From IMG/VR virus record IMGVR_UViG_3300024496_000012: DNA of 64,000 nt, one strand, 5' to 3'. A program made the translations under genes and the position numbers. Source of the DNA: a virus. Of this stretch, positions 50,988 to 60,049 are shown one piece after another. Each line of letters begins with the position of its first letter. The first letter of the stretch is position 1. The notes under the pieces are model-generated. The model did no database searches, was not told the DNA's origin, and was given only the letters and a program-made list of their open reading frames with translations.

Positions 50988-51461
50988 ATGACCAAAAAAC
51001 TTGAAGAATTATTCAACTTAGACCAGGCAAAAGAAGAAGAGCCAGCACCCGCGCCTCCTACACATCAGCAGGTACAAAGCCTTGATGACAGTTATAAAGC
51101 AGTAGCTGAGTTAACTAGAGGATTGCCGCAGATTGCCGAGTTAGATAACATTGATGATAAAGAGCTAGATGCTCTAGCTAGCAAAGCAGAAAAAGCCTAT
51201 GATGATCTAATGGATTTGGGCATGAATGTAGAAGTGCGTTACAGTGGGCGCATCTTTGAAGTAGCTGGTACTATGATGAAAAATGCCATAGACGCCAAAA
51301 CAGCTAAAATAGACAAAAAGTTAAAAGCAGTAGATCTACAGCTAAAGAAGCTTAAAATCGATCAAGATACTAAATCTCCAGAAGGAGAAGTATTAAATGG
51401 TCAGGGTTACATAATCACTGACCGCAACGAGCTATTGAAAAAATTGAGCCAAAAGGGCTAA
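50988..51461 (+). CDS. Probable terminase small subunit (gp16-like)
   Basis: Helical, RIFEVAGTMMK motif, near the large terminase; TAAGTA-N4-ATG. Confidence 0.5.
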   Translation: MTKKLEELFNLDQAKEEEPAPAPPTHQQVQSLDDSYKAVAELTRGLPQIAELDNIDDKELDALASKAEKAYDDLMDLGMNVEVRYSGRIFEVAGTMMKNAIDAKTAKIDKKLKAVDLQLKKLKIDQDTKSPEGEVLNGQGYIITDRNELLKKLSQKG

Positions 51462-51469
51462 ATATTAAT

Positions 51470-52078
51470 ATGAAAACATTTAAAGAATATCTGACAGAAA
51501 GCAAAAAAGTCTATAGCTTCAAGATCAAGGTAGCGGGCGAAGTTCCTGAAAAGTTTGAGGAAAACCTAAAATCCAGACTTGGACGCTGTAACGTTTTGAC
51601 CCTGGAAAAACTAAACACCACACCTATCCAGCAGCTTCCTATCGATTTTCCAGATCTTAAGAACTGCGAAGTTTCTATATATGAGATGGTTACAGAATAT
51701 CCAACCATCACTACCGAGATTAAGAATGAGCTAATGGCAATGGAAATGTGCCCAACTCACTTCCGTGTCAAGAACTCAGCAGATCCTACAGAAGAATACA
51801 ATCAGCAAGGTACAGATCTACAATCTAAAGATGCCCTACTTACTGATGACAAGTACAAAGAAGCAGGCAAAGTAAAACAAAAAGATTACTTTGGTCCTGA
51901 TTATAACAAAGGTTTTCTACAAGACTTAGCAAAAGCATCTAAGGCTCGTAAAAAAGAACTAGGACAAAAAGATATCAAATCAGAAGCATCAGCTTCGGGC
52001 CCAGACTATGGCAGCGATGGGGCTAAGAGTCCAGTTGGTTCACACCAGAACAAGATTCCAGACCCATACAAAGGATAA
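51470..52078 (+). CDS. Hypothetical (possible internal head/prohead protein)
   Basis: MKTFKEYLTES N-terminus; TAAATA-N5-ATG. Confidence 0.5.
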   Translation: MKTFKEYLTESKKVYSFKIKVAGEVPEKFEENLKSRLGRCNVLTLEKLNTTPIQQLPIDFPDLKNCEVSIYEMVTEYPTITTEIKNELMAMEMCPTHFRVKNSADPTEEYNQQGTDLQSKDALLTDDKYKEAGKVKQKDYFGPDYNKGFLQDLAKASKARKKELGQKDIKSEASASGPDYGSDGAKSPVGSHQNKIPDPYKG

Positions 52079-52081
52079 GAA

Positions 52082-52702
52082 ATGAATATACATGATCTAT
52101 ACAAAAAGATTGTCGCCTTAGATCAGCCAGTTGCTGAAGCTAAGATTGACGAGTGCGGAGAACCAATGGGCATGGGACAAGGTCCTATGTCTAGTCCTCC
52201 TCCTGCGCCACCAAGCCTAAGTGTTAATCTAAATGCACAAGGCATGGACAACATTGAACAACTAATGCAACTGATCACAAAAGTGAACCCAGATGCAGCA
52301 CCCAAGGCATTGTCCCCAATGGGTGGTAATGAGCCATCAATCGAAATCGAACCAATGGACAAGCCAGCAGGCGGTCTTCCTCCACTAAAGATGTTACCAT
52401 TGGATCTAGACAAAGAAGAACCAGAACACGATCAAGATGGCGGCGACATTGATCCTGAAGGTGAAGATGAACCAGAGGATGAAGCATTTGCTAACACTCC
52501 AGACGGTGTAGAAGGCGAGCCATTTACTAAAGATACAGAATACATGACCAAGACTCTAGCAGGTGGTATGAACCGTGAAAAGGGTCAATATAAGCACAGC
52601 TACAAAGCAGGCGATAACCCAATGGCAATGCCAGAAAGCGATCTACGTGCTATGATCAAAGCTGAACTAGCACAACGTCTAGCAGAAGCCAAAGCTAGAT
52701 AA
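52082..52702 (+). CDS. Acidic Pro-rich hypothetical protein
   Basis: 206-aa low-complexity ORF followed by a terminator. Confidence 0.55.
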   Translation: MNIHDLYKKIVALDQPVAEAKIDECGEPMGMGQGPMSSPPPAPPSLSVNLNAQGMDNIEQLMQLITKVNPDAAPKALSPMGGNEPSIEIEPMDKPAGGLPPLKMLPLDLDKEEPEHDQDGGDIDPEGEDEPEDEAFANTPDGVEGEPFTKDTEYMTKTLAGGMNREKGQYKHSYKAGDNPMAMPESDLRAMIKAELAQRLAEAKAR

Positions 52703-52720
52703 GCATAACAGCAAAGTCAG

Positions 52721-52746
52721 ATAGGCTCTTCGGAGCCTATTTTTTT
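52721..52746 (+). terminator. Intrinsic terminator with C(UUCG)G tetraloop
   Basis: ATAGGCTC-TTCG-GAGCCTAT-TTTTTT. Confidence 0.9.
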
Positions 52747-52760
52747 CTGTAAATAAATGT

Positions 52761-54350
52761 ATGGCAAAATCACTTGACGGCGTCTTAATCAAAAAAGCGC
52801 ACAAACAAGATAGGTATACATTAGAAGAAGTACAGCACCTTGAGAAGTGTATGGATCCCGTTACAGGTCCATTATACTTCATGCGTAACTTTCTTAAGAT
52901 CCAACATCCTGTACGTGGTGCTATTGATTTTGAACCCTACGATTATCAGGTAAGACTTATAGAAGCATATCACAATCACAAAGATGTGATCGCTATGTTA
53001 CCGCGACAGATGGGTAAAACAACCTGCGCCTGCGGATATCTTCTATGGTTTACTATGTTTGTTCCTGAAGCACAGGTTCTTATCGCTGCTCACAAATATG
53101 AGGGTGCGCAGGATATCATGAACCGCTATCGTTACGGATATGAAAACTTGCCCGACTTCATCCGAGCAGGTGTTATCAGCTACAACAGAAATACTATTGA
53201 ATACGATAACGGTGCTCGTATACAAGCAACGACAACTACAGAAAATACTGGTCGTGGTAAATCTCTTTCTTTGATTTACTGTGACGAGTTTGCATTTGTG
53301 CAACCGCCTGAAAAAGCTAGAGAGTTCTGGACTGCTCTAAGTCCTACACTATCAACAGGTGGTCGTGCTATCATTACCTCAACACCAAACTCAGACGAAG
53401 ATCAGTTTGCGCAGATCTGGACTGAAGCTAATAAAAAGTTTGACGAGTTTGGCAATGAGCAAGAGCTGGGTGTAAACGGATTCTTCCCATATTTTGCTAC
53501 CTGGGACGAGCATCCGGATCGTGATGATAAATGGGCTGCTACAGAACGTGCTAAGATCGGTGAGGAACGTTTCCGTCGTGAGTTTGACTGTGAGTTCTTG
53601 ATCTTTGATGAAACACTGATCAACTCAGTTAGACTCTCTGAACTCGAAGGTGCAGATCCTAAGATGACCATGGGTCAATGCCGCTGGTACAAAGACATCA
53701 ACCCCAAGGCTACTTACCTAGTAAGTCTAGATCCTAGTTTAGGTACAGGTGGCGACTATGGTGCTATACAGGTATTTGAAATGCCTGATATGATACAGGT
53801 AGCAGAGTGGCATCACAACACCACTCCGGTACAGCAACAAGTTAAAACTATGCGTGAGATACTGAAATACATCCACGATAGAGGTATGGAAAAGGGTGGT
53901 TCTGCTCCACAGATATATTATAGTGTAGAAAACAATAATATAGGTGAGGCAGCACTTATAGTTATAAACGATATAGGTGAAGAAAACTTCTACGGACTTT
54001 TCTTGAGCGAACCTATACGCAAAGGGCATGTGAGAAAGTTCCGTAAAGGATTTAACACTACACATAGAACTAAAATATCTACTTGTTCTATACTCAAGAA
54101 CATGATAGAAACCAAGAAAATGACCATACACAGCAAACCGCTGATTTCTGAGCTGAAATCGTTTGTAGCTAGCGGGCTAGGATTTAGTGCTAAAACCGGA
54201 GAGCACGACGACTTAGTGACGTCTACACTGCTGATTTTACGTATGGCCAGCGTACTAGCTGACTGGGATCCTAAGATCTACGACAAAATGACGGAAAAAG
54301 TCTCAGAAGAGAACATGCCGTTGCCTATCTTTATTAGCACAGGGTTTTGA
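52761..54350 (+). CDS. gp17: Terminase large subunit
   Basis: PRQMGKTT Walker A, IYCDEFAF Walker B, LDPSLG and HDDLV nuclease motifs. Confidence 0.95.
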   Translation: MAKSLDGVLIKKAHKQDRYTLEEVQHLEKCMDPVTGPLYFMRNFLKIQHPVRGAIDFEPYDYQVRLIEAYHNHKDVIAMLPRQMGKTTCACGYLLWFTMFVPEAQVLIAAHKYEGAQDIMNRYRYGYENLPDFIRAGVISYNRNTIEYDNGARIQATTTTENTGRGKSLSLIYCDEFAFVQPPEKAREFWTALSPTLSTGGRAIITSTPNSDEDQFAQIWTEANKKFDEFGNEQELGVNGFFPYFATWDEHPDRDDKWAATERAKIGEERFRREFDCEFLIFDETLINSVRLSELEGADPKMTMGQCRWYKDINPKATYLVSLDPSLGTGGDYGAIQVFEMPDMIQVAEWHHNTTPVQQQVKTMREILKYIHDRGMEKGGSAPQIYYSVENNNIGEAALIVINDIGEENFYGLFLSEPIRKGHVRKFRKGFNTTHRTKISTCSILKNMIETKKMTIHSKPLISELKSFVASGLGFSAKTGEHDDLVTSTLLILRMASVLADWDPKIYDKMTEKVSEENMPLPIFISTGF

Positions 54351-54361
54351 TAAATATTACT

Positions 54362-56236
54362 ATGGATGCAAGAAACAATATAGCCACTGATTTATTCTAT
54401 AAAATTAGAAGCCGTTTTACTGGGCTAAAATTAGGTTCTGAAACAGGCCAAATAACCATTAATCCTGAAGAGGCACGCTTCTTTGATTTTGATTACATGG
54501 AGGGTGAAAAGCCCATAGGGCATGTGAGCATTAGTTTGGCAGAGCCAAACAGCATGAAGGTTTACTTTAGCCATGGGATTACTGAATCCATGGATGACGG
54601 ACAGAAAAACAACTGGTACGGGTTTTTGAAAGAACTTAGAATGTTCGCAAAAAGACGTTTATTGAGTTTTGACACACGAGATATCGCTAAGGACAACTTG
54701 GATCGAAGAGATTATGAATTCTTGAGTCAATACAATAAGCCCAAGCCAACTACTAACGATACAGTGACCCAACCGGTCGGAGAAAGTGTTATGAACGAAA
54801 GCAGCTTATACGGTTCTCGAACTATGAGCTATCAAAAGCTCGAAGATACGAGACTCATCATTAAACATAGTCGAGCTATTACTGACGACTTTGCACCCGG
54901 TGCAAGATCAAGAAATATTTCAGCATTGTTTGTTGAAAATGCCGACGGTGAAAGATTCAAATATCCTTTCATCCATCTAGCAGGTGCTCGAGCTATGCAA
55001 CGCCACGTCGCTAATGGCGGTTTACCATATGATGAAATCGGTAAGTCTATTGTTAGCATGAGTGAAGAAATAGCCCAACTCAAGAGTTTCCAAAACTATG
55101 TGGTCCGTAACGATCTAATGAATAGCGAGACTAACTCAGTAGTAGAAAGAAGCACACAGGCTTTAGAAAGACTACGTGAACAAATCAAAAATCTAGGCAA
55201 GCAGAGCCACTATGAAGCATATAGAGAATCATTCCAAGCACAGCAACCCTTAGAAGTACCACAAGAGGTAGTAGAAGACTTTACAGAAATGTTTACTGTA
55301 AGGAATTTTAAAGAAGATATCGCAAGCGTATTTCCTGTATTATATAGGCTAATGAAAGAAAATGGAGTAGGCTACAGCGACATAGTCGGTATGACAACAA
55401 ACGAAATAGAAGAAAACGAAGACTTAGATATTATAGCCAACGAAGATCCATTTGAAAAGTTTGAATCTTGGGTAATGGCATTGGGCGAAGAGTCAGCTAT
55501 TACTAGTCAAGATCCTGAAGAACAACAGGCAGCAGTGCAACAACTTCAAGAACTAGTCGGTGAACATTTCCCAGCAGGTGTTGATGGTAGTAATGCTATC
55601 GAAAGCCTAAAAGGCATAATCGAAGATCCAGAACTATTCAAGAGAATCAAAGAACTTGCGGCCAATGACCCAGATGCATGTTGCAGAGGTTTAGTGAAAG
55701 ATTGGTTAGAACTAAATGCTCCAGAAGTATTAGAGCAACTAGACTTCGGTGACTACACTGAAGAACCAGCAGCAGGTGAAGAACCAGCAGCAGCTGAGCC
55801 AGCAGCAGCTGAGCCAGCGGCGGCAGCACCAGAAGAAGTACCTGCCGAAGGAAGTGATCCTAATCATCCAGAATATGATAAGAAAGATGACTATGATCTT
55901 CCACCTTCAGCACGTGGCAAAGGCACAGGCGACTACAAGCTACCAGATTATAAGAAACACGATGACCGTCATGCTAGAGATTTCCGTAAGCGCAGCGGCA
56001 ATGAATCTATTGATGTAAAAGAAATAGCAGAGTTCGTACACAGCTTTTATGATCGAAATACAGGCACATTCCCTAAAGGGCCAGAAGGTGTAGCAGTTAT
56101 GGTAGGCAAGAAGTTCGGTGAACAGGCAGAACAGGTAGCTCGTAAATTTGTAGAAAGAATGGCTCCAAACCAAACAACAGAGCAGAATCCAGAACTACAA
56201 GAACTAGCAAGAATCAGAGAACTAGCAGGCATGTAA
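54362..56236 (+). CDS. Acidic hypothetical virion-associated protein
   Basis: Start reassigned to MDARNN (TAAATA-N5-ATG); EPAAA repeats; C-terminal LARIRELAGM. Confidence 0.6.
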   Translation: MDARNNIATDLFYKIRSRFTGLKLGSETGQITINPEEARFFDFDYMEGEKPIGHVSISLAEPNSMKVYFSHGITESMDDGQKNNWYGFLKELRMFAKRRLLSFDTRDIAKDNLDRRDYEFLSQYNKPKPTTNDTVTQPVGESVMNESSLYGSRTMSYQKLEDTRLIIKHSRAITDDFAPGARSRNISALFVENADGERFKYPFIHLAGARAMQRHVANGGLPYDEIGKSIVSMSEEIAQLKSFQNYVVRNDLMNSETNSVVERSTQALERLREQIKNLGKQSHYEAYRESFQAQQPLEVPQEVVEDFTEMFTVRNFKEDIASVFPVLYRLMKENGVGYSDIVGMTTNEIEENEDLDIIANEDPFEKFESWVMALGEESAITSQDPEEQQAAVQQLQELVGEHFPAGVDGSNAIESLKGIIEDPELFKRIKELAANDPDACCRGLVKDWLELNAPEVLEQLDFGDYTEEPAAGEEPAAAEPAAAEPAAAAPEEVPAEGSDPNHPEYDKKDDYDLPPSARGKGTGDYKLPDYKKHDDRHARDFRKRSGNESIDVKEIAEFVHSFYDRNTGTFPKGPEGVAVMVGKKFGEQAEQVARKFVERMAPNQTTEQNPELQELARIRELAGM

Positions 56237-56259
56237 AGATTGTTCGTAGCAGTTAGATC

Positions 56260-56284
56260 GGGCACTTCGGTGCCCTTTCTTTTT
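56260..56284 (+). terminator. Intrinsic terminator with C(UUCG)G tetraloop
   Basis: GGGCAC-TTCG-GTGCCC-TTTCTTTTT. Confidence 0.9.
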
Positions 56285-56384
56285 GGCTATCTTTATCTAA
56301 ACTATCTTGTCAACTTAGAGTCATACTAGTGCGTTAAATTAATACACAGAGGAAATCTGTGATAACCTTAAAAAGGAAAATACT

Positions 56385-56558
56385 ATGAAACTAGTTGCAA
56401 CTTTAATCGCATCTCTATTTGCTGTATCAGCATTTGCCGCAGATGCACCGAAGAAAGATGAAAAGAAAGCAGCCGCAGAAGCTCCAAAGGCCGCAGCATC
56501 AGCTGCTAAAGATGCTAAGGCTGCTCCAGCACCTGCCAAGCCAGCTGAAAAGAAGTAA
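56385..56558 (+). CDS. 57-aa secreted Ala/Lys/Pro-rich protein (absent from the ORF track)
   Basis: AAGGA SD; MKLVATLIASLFAVSAFA/ADAPKKDEKKAAAEAPKAAASAAKDAKAAPAPAKPAEKK*; Sec signal with AFA cleavage site. Confidence 0.8.
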   Translation: MKLVATLIASLFAVSAFAADAPKKDEKKAAAEAPKAAASAAKDAKAAPAPAKPAEKK

Positions 56559-56575
56559 TCGGCTAAATACCGAAC

Positions 56576-56603
56576 AAAGGGCTCACCTGAGCCCTTTCTT
56601 TTT
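56576..56603 (+). terminator. Intrinsic terminator
   Basis: AAAGGGCTC-acct-GAGCCCTTT-CTTTTT. Confidence 0.85.
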
Positions 56604-56666
56604 GGTAAACTTTTTGTCTACTAAAATCACGCCTAAGGCGTTATATTAATATGAAGGAGAACAAAG

Positions 56667-56966
56667 ATGAAAAAGTTCTTATTCGCTACATTGATAACAT
56701 TAACTGCTTTTAGCTCACAGGCACAAGCAGACGGTTGGAGACATCGAGGTGGTCATCACCACGGTGGCGGCTATGGATGGGTAGCACCATTAGTTATTGG
56801 TGGTGCTGTAGGTTATGCACTTTCGCAGCCAAGATATGTAAGCCCGCCTCCGAGCGTGGTATACGTAACTCCTCCGCCTACATATAATCCACCGTATGGT
56901 TATCATTGGGAGAGTGTTCTAGACGGCAACTGTAACTGTTACAGAAACGTTCTAGTTCCAAACTAA
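56667..56966 (+). CDS. Small secreted Gly/His/Pro-rich protein
   Basis: AAGGAG SD; signal peptide ending AQA; GGHHHGGG and PPP.VVY.TPPP; C-terminal CNC. Confidence 0.75.
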   Translation: MKKFLFATLITLTAFSSQAQADGWRHRGGHHHGGGYGWVAPLVIGGAVGYALSQPRYVSPPPSVVYVTPPPTYNPPYGYHWESVLDGNCNCYRNVLVPN

Positions 56967-56986
56967 TATGTTAATGAGGACACGGA

Positions 56987-57397
56987 ATGAAAGGATTGAC
57001 AATCGCTCTTGCGATGATGATAGGTATTGGGACAAGCCAGGCAAGTACGACACTTACTGGGAACGTGAATCCGAATCCCGTATCTACGTCATCACTAGCA
57101 AAGATTGCGACCAAAAAAGATCCGGTCCTTGCAAAATCGACCAGGATACCTAAACCTAAGCTGTTTAGGTCAAATCCTCACAGAGCGACCCACTTTAGTG
57201 TCGCAGAAGATCCCGATGATGATATTTTTGTGCAAGACGAAGATATATTTGTCGGTTATCGTCGAGAAGATATTAGCAAACCAAAGGCACCATCTACCCC
57301 CGATGATCCGGAAGGTATCATCACTGAAGACATCCGTTGGCGGCTGTTCTTGGCTCGTACAGCAGCCATGATCCGCTATCACCAAATACACGGATAG
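56987..57397 (+). CDS. Hypothetical secreted protein
   Basis: GAGG SD; signal peptide ending SQA. Confidence 0.6.
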   Translation: MKGLTIALAMMIGIGTSQASTTLTGNVNPNPVSTSSLAKIATKKDPVLAKSTRIPKPKLFRSNPHRATHFSVAEDPDDDIFVQDEDIFVGYRREDISKPKAPSTPDDPEGIITEDIRWRLFLARTAAMIRYHQIHG

Positions 57398-57423
57398 TTT
57401 GGTGAAAAAATCTAAAAAAACTA

Positions 57424-57452
57424 TTGACCTTGCTAAATAAAGTACGCATAAT
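57424..57452 (+). promoter_or_regulatory. Composite promoter: sigma70-type with a nested late TAAATA
   Basis: TTGACC-N17-CATAAT, with TAAATA at 57434-57439 inside the spacer. Confidence 0.65.
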
Positions 57453-57505
57453 ACAAATATGCGTAAGGCATACATTTTAAGGCAAAACATAGGAGGCATA
57501 TTAAA

Positions 57506-58480
57506 ATGGCTACACTAGCAGAAATCCGTGCGAAACTTCAAGAAGCACAATCAAAGTCCACAGGACAATCATCAGGCGGCGACAACGCCATTTACCCACA
57601 CTGGAACATGCAAGAAGGAAAGGAAGCAGTAATCCGTTTCCTACCAGATGGCAATCCCAACAACACGTTTTTCTGGGTAGAACGTGCAATGATCAAACTA
57701 CCTTTCGCTGGCGTTAAAGGCGAAACAGATTCCAAACAAGTACAGGTGCAGGTACCCTGCGTTGAAATGTACAATGACGGTTCTGTTTGCCCGATTCTCA
57801 GCGAAGTGCGTGGTTGGTTCAAAGACAAGAGCCTAGAGGAAATGGGTCGTAAGTATTGGAAGAAGCGTTCATACATCTTCCAAGGGTTTATTGTCGAAGA
57901 TCCTCTTAAAGAAGAAAAGACACCAGAAAATCCAATCCGTAGATTTATCATTGGTCCTCAAATCTATCAAATCATCCGTAGTGCTTTGATGGATCCAGAG
58001 TTGGATGAGTTGCCAACTGATTATCTCAAGGGTCTAGATTTCCGTATCGCCAAGACATCAAAAGGTGGGTTCGCAGACTACTCTACATCAAAGTGGAGCC
58101 GTCGTGAGCGTTCACTGACTGAAGTTGAAGCGGCAGCGATCGAAGCACATGGATTGTTCAATCTTTCCGACTTCCTACCTAAGAAGCCAACCGATGTTGA
58201 GCTCAAGGTAATGAAGGAAATGTTTGAAGCATCTGTCGATGGTGAGCCATATGATATGGACCGTTGGGGTCAATACTTCAAACCAGCAGGTATGGGAGCA
58301 GCCACTGGCGATCCTAACAAGCCTGCAGCCAGCGCACCTGTAGATGATGCAGATGATGAACCAGCACCAGTAGCAAAGGCAGCTCCTGCTCCAAAGGCAG
58401 AAGCACCAGCATCAAATGGTGATGGTAATAGTCGTGCCCAAGATATCTTGGCCATGATTCGCAATCGTCAAAAGCAGTAA
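57506..58480 (+). CDS. gp32: Single-stranded DNA-binding protein
   Basis: AVIRFLP, CP..., YWKKRSY, G.DF.I.K...GF.DY..SKW; acidic Ala/Pro tail; AGGAGG SD. Confidence 0.9.
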   Translation: MATLAEIRAKLQEAQSKSTGQSSGGDNAIYPHWNMQEGKEAVIRFLPDGNPNNTFFWVERAMIKLPFAGVKGETDSKQVQVQVPCVEMYNDGSVCPILSEVRGWFKDKSLEEMGRKYWKKRSYIFQGFIVEDPLKEEKTPENPIRRFIIGPQIYQIIRSALMDPELDELPTDYLKGLDFRIAKTSKGGFADYSTSKWSRRERSLTEVEAAAIEAHGLFNLSDFLPKKPTDVELKVMKEMFEASVDGEPYDMDRWGQYFKPAGMGAATGDPNKPAASAPVDDADDEPAPVAKAAPAPKAEAPASNGDGNSRAQDILAMIRNRQKQ

Positions 58481-58489
58481 GACTTATAT

Positions 58490-58516
58490 AGAGTGTGAGG
58501 TACCTCCTCACACTCT
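58490..58516 (+). other. 11-bp perfect hairpin after gp32
   Basis: AGAGTGTGAGG-tacct-CCTCACACTCT; no strong U-tract. Confidence 0.7.
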
Positions 58517-58536
58517 CTTCATTACAGGGAAATAAA

Positions 58537-58728
58537 ATGGCAAAACTAGATAAACTATCAAAAGTAAATGAATCAATCACGCTCAATCGTTATGACAACG
58601 GTTGGATGGTCGAAATCGGCGGTCGCGATAAGAAAGAAGATTGGAAGACCACTAAGACTATGTGTAACACTGAAGATGAACTAATCTCAGTCATTAAAGA
58701 GTGGAACACTAAAGATTTGGATAACTGA
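58537..58728 (+). CDS. Small hypothetical protein
   Basis: Start reassigned to MAKLDKL using the AGGGA SD. Confidence 0.6.
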   Translation: MAKLDKLSKVNESITLNRYDNGWMVEIGGRDKKEDWKTTKTMCNTEDELISVIKEWNTKDLDN

Positions 58729-58730
58729 TT

Positions 58731-59810
58731 ATGGCAACTAAACCGTTCGATATAAGCAAGTTTAGAAAATCTATTACAAAGAATATTGAAGGTCTTAGTA
58801 TAGGTTTTAACGATCCTACAGATTGGGTTGGCACAGGTAACTATGCATTAAACTATCTAATCAGTGGCGATTTCCACAAAGGAGTTCCGCTAGGCAAAGT
58901 TACAGTATTTGCAGGCGAGTCTGGAGCAGGTAAATCATATATCTGTTCAGGTAACTTGATCAAAGCGGCACAAGCACAAGGCATTTATGTTATCTTGGTT
59001 GATACAGAAAATGCTCTAGACGAAGATTGGCTAAAGGCACTAGGTGTCGACACTAGCGATGAAAAGTTGTTGAAACTTAATATGGCTATGATCGACGATG
59101 TAGCAAAGACTATCACAGAGTTTGTTGCAGAATATAAAGCTATGCCTGAAGACAGTCGTCCTAAGGTACTTTTTGTGCTTGACTCATTAGGTATGTTGTT
59201 GACTCCAACGGATGTTAACCAGTTCGAAGCAGGTGATTTGAAAGGTGATATGGGTCGTAAGCCCAAGGCATTGACAGCACTTGTGCGAAACTGTGTTAAT
59301 ATGTTTGGTAGTCTAAACATTGGCCTAGTAGCTACAAACCATACCTATGCAAGCCAAGATATGTTTGATCCAGACGATAAGATTAGTGGTGGCCAAGGTT
59401 TTATCTATGCATCAAGTATCGTTGTTGCTATGAAAAAACTCAAACTAAAAGAAGATGACGATGGCAATAAGATCTCAGAAGTACGTGGTATCCGTGCTGC
59501 CTGCAAGATCATGAAAACTCGTTATGCAAAGCCTTTTGAAAGTGTACAAGTAAAGATTCCTTATGAGACAGGTATGAATCCATATAGTGGACTGGTCGAC
59601 TTGTTTGAAGCTAAAGGGATGCTTAAGAAAGAAGGAAATAGTCTTGTATATGTAACTGCTGATGGTGAGATCATCAAACAGTTTCGTAAGGCATGGGAAC
59701 GCAACGAAAACAATGGACTAGATAGGATGATGGAAGACATTTCAAAACATGGCGAAAAATCCGATTCAGAGATAACTACTACAGTTGAACCTGAAACGGA
59801 GGCCAGTTAA
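58731..59810 (+). CDS. uvsX: RecA-like recombinase
   Basis: AGESGAGKS Walker A, DTENA, VLDSLG, NHTY, SGG.GFIYASS. Confidence 0.92.
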   Translation: MATKPFDISKFRKSITKNIEGLSIGFNDPTDWVGTGNYALNYLISGDFHKGVPLGKVTVFAGESGAGKSYICSGNLIKAAQAQGIYVILVDTENALDEDWLKALGVDTSDEKLLKLNMAMIDDVAKTITEFVAEYKAMPEDSRPKVLFVLDSLGMLLTPTDVNQFEAGDLKGDMGRKPKALTALVRNCVNMFGSLNIGLVATNHTYASQDMFDPDDKISGGQGFIYASSIVVAMKKLKLKEDDDGNKISEVRGIRAACKIMKTRYAKPFESVQVKIPYETGMNPYSGLVDLFEAKGMLKKEGNSLVYVTADGEIIKQFRKAWERNENNGLDRMMEDISKHGEKSDSEITTTVEPETEAS

Positions 59811-60049
59811 TGAAGGAAGACCTAATCGCCGATCTGTGGAGCGTCATTGTTGACCACATTCCCGATAAGCAGAAAAAAACCGTAGCTGAAGACTTTGTTA
59901 GTACACTAGTCGATCATGGCATTAAAGAAAGCGTTCTAGATCGGTTGATGGGTATTGACCCATACCTCGACGATGCTATCGAATATGCCACTGACGGTGA
60001 ACAATATCACGAAGAAGACGACTACGATAGATACGAAGACGAGGATTAA
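59810..60049 (+). CDS. Small acidic hypothetical protein
   Basis: Coupled by TAATG overlaps on both sides. Confidence 0.65.
   Translation: MKEDLIADLWSVIVDHIPDKQKKTVAEDFVSTLVDHGIKESVLDRLMGIDPYLDDAIEYATDGEQYHEEDDYDRYEDED

Noticed and set aside
55762-55830. GAACCAGCAGCAG-type tandem DNA repeat as a regulatory or mobile element
   Set aside because: It simply encodes an in-frame EPAAA low-complexity linker.
52761-59810. Inteins or introns in terminase, gp32 or UvsX
   Set aside because: Lengths are ordinary, motifs are contiguous, and no splicing motifs were seen.
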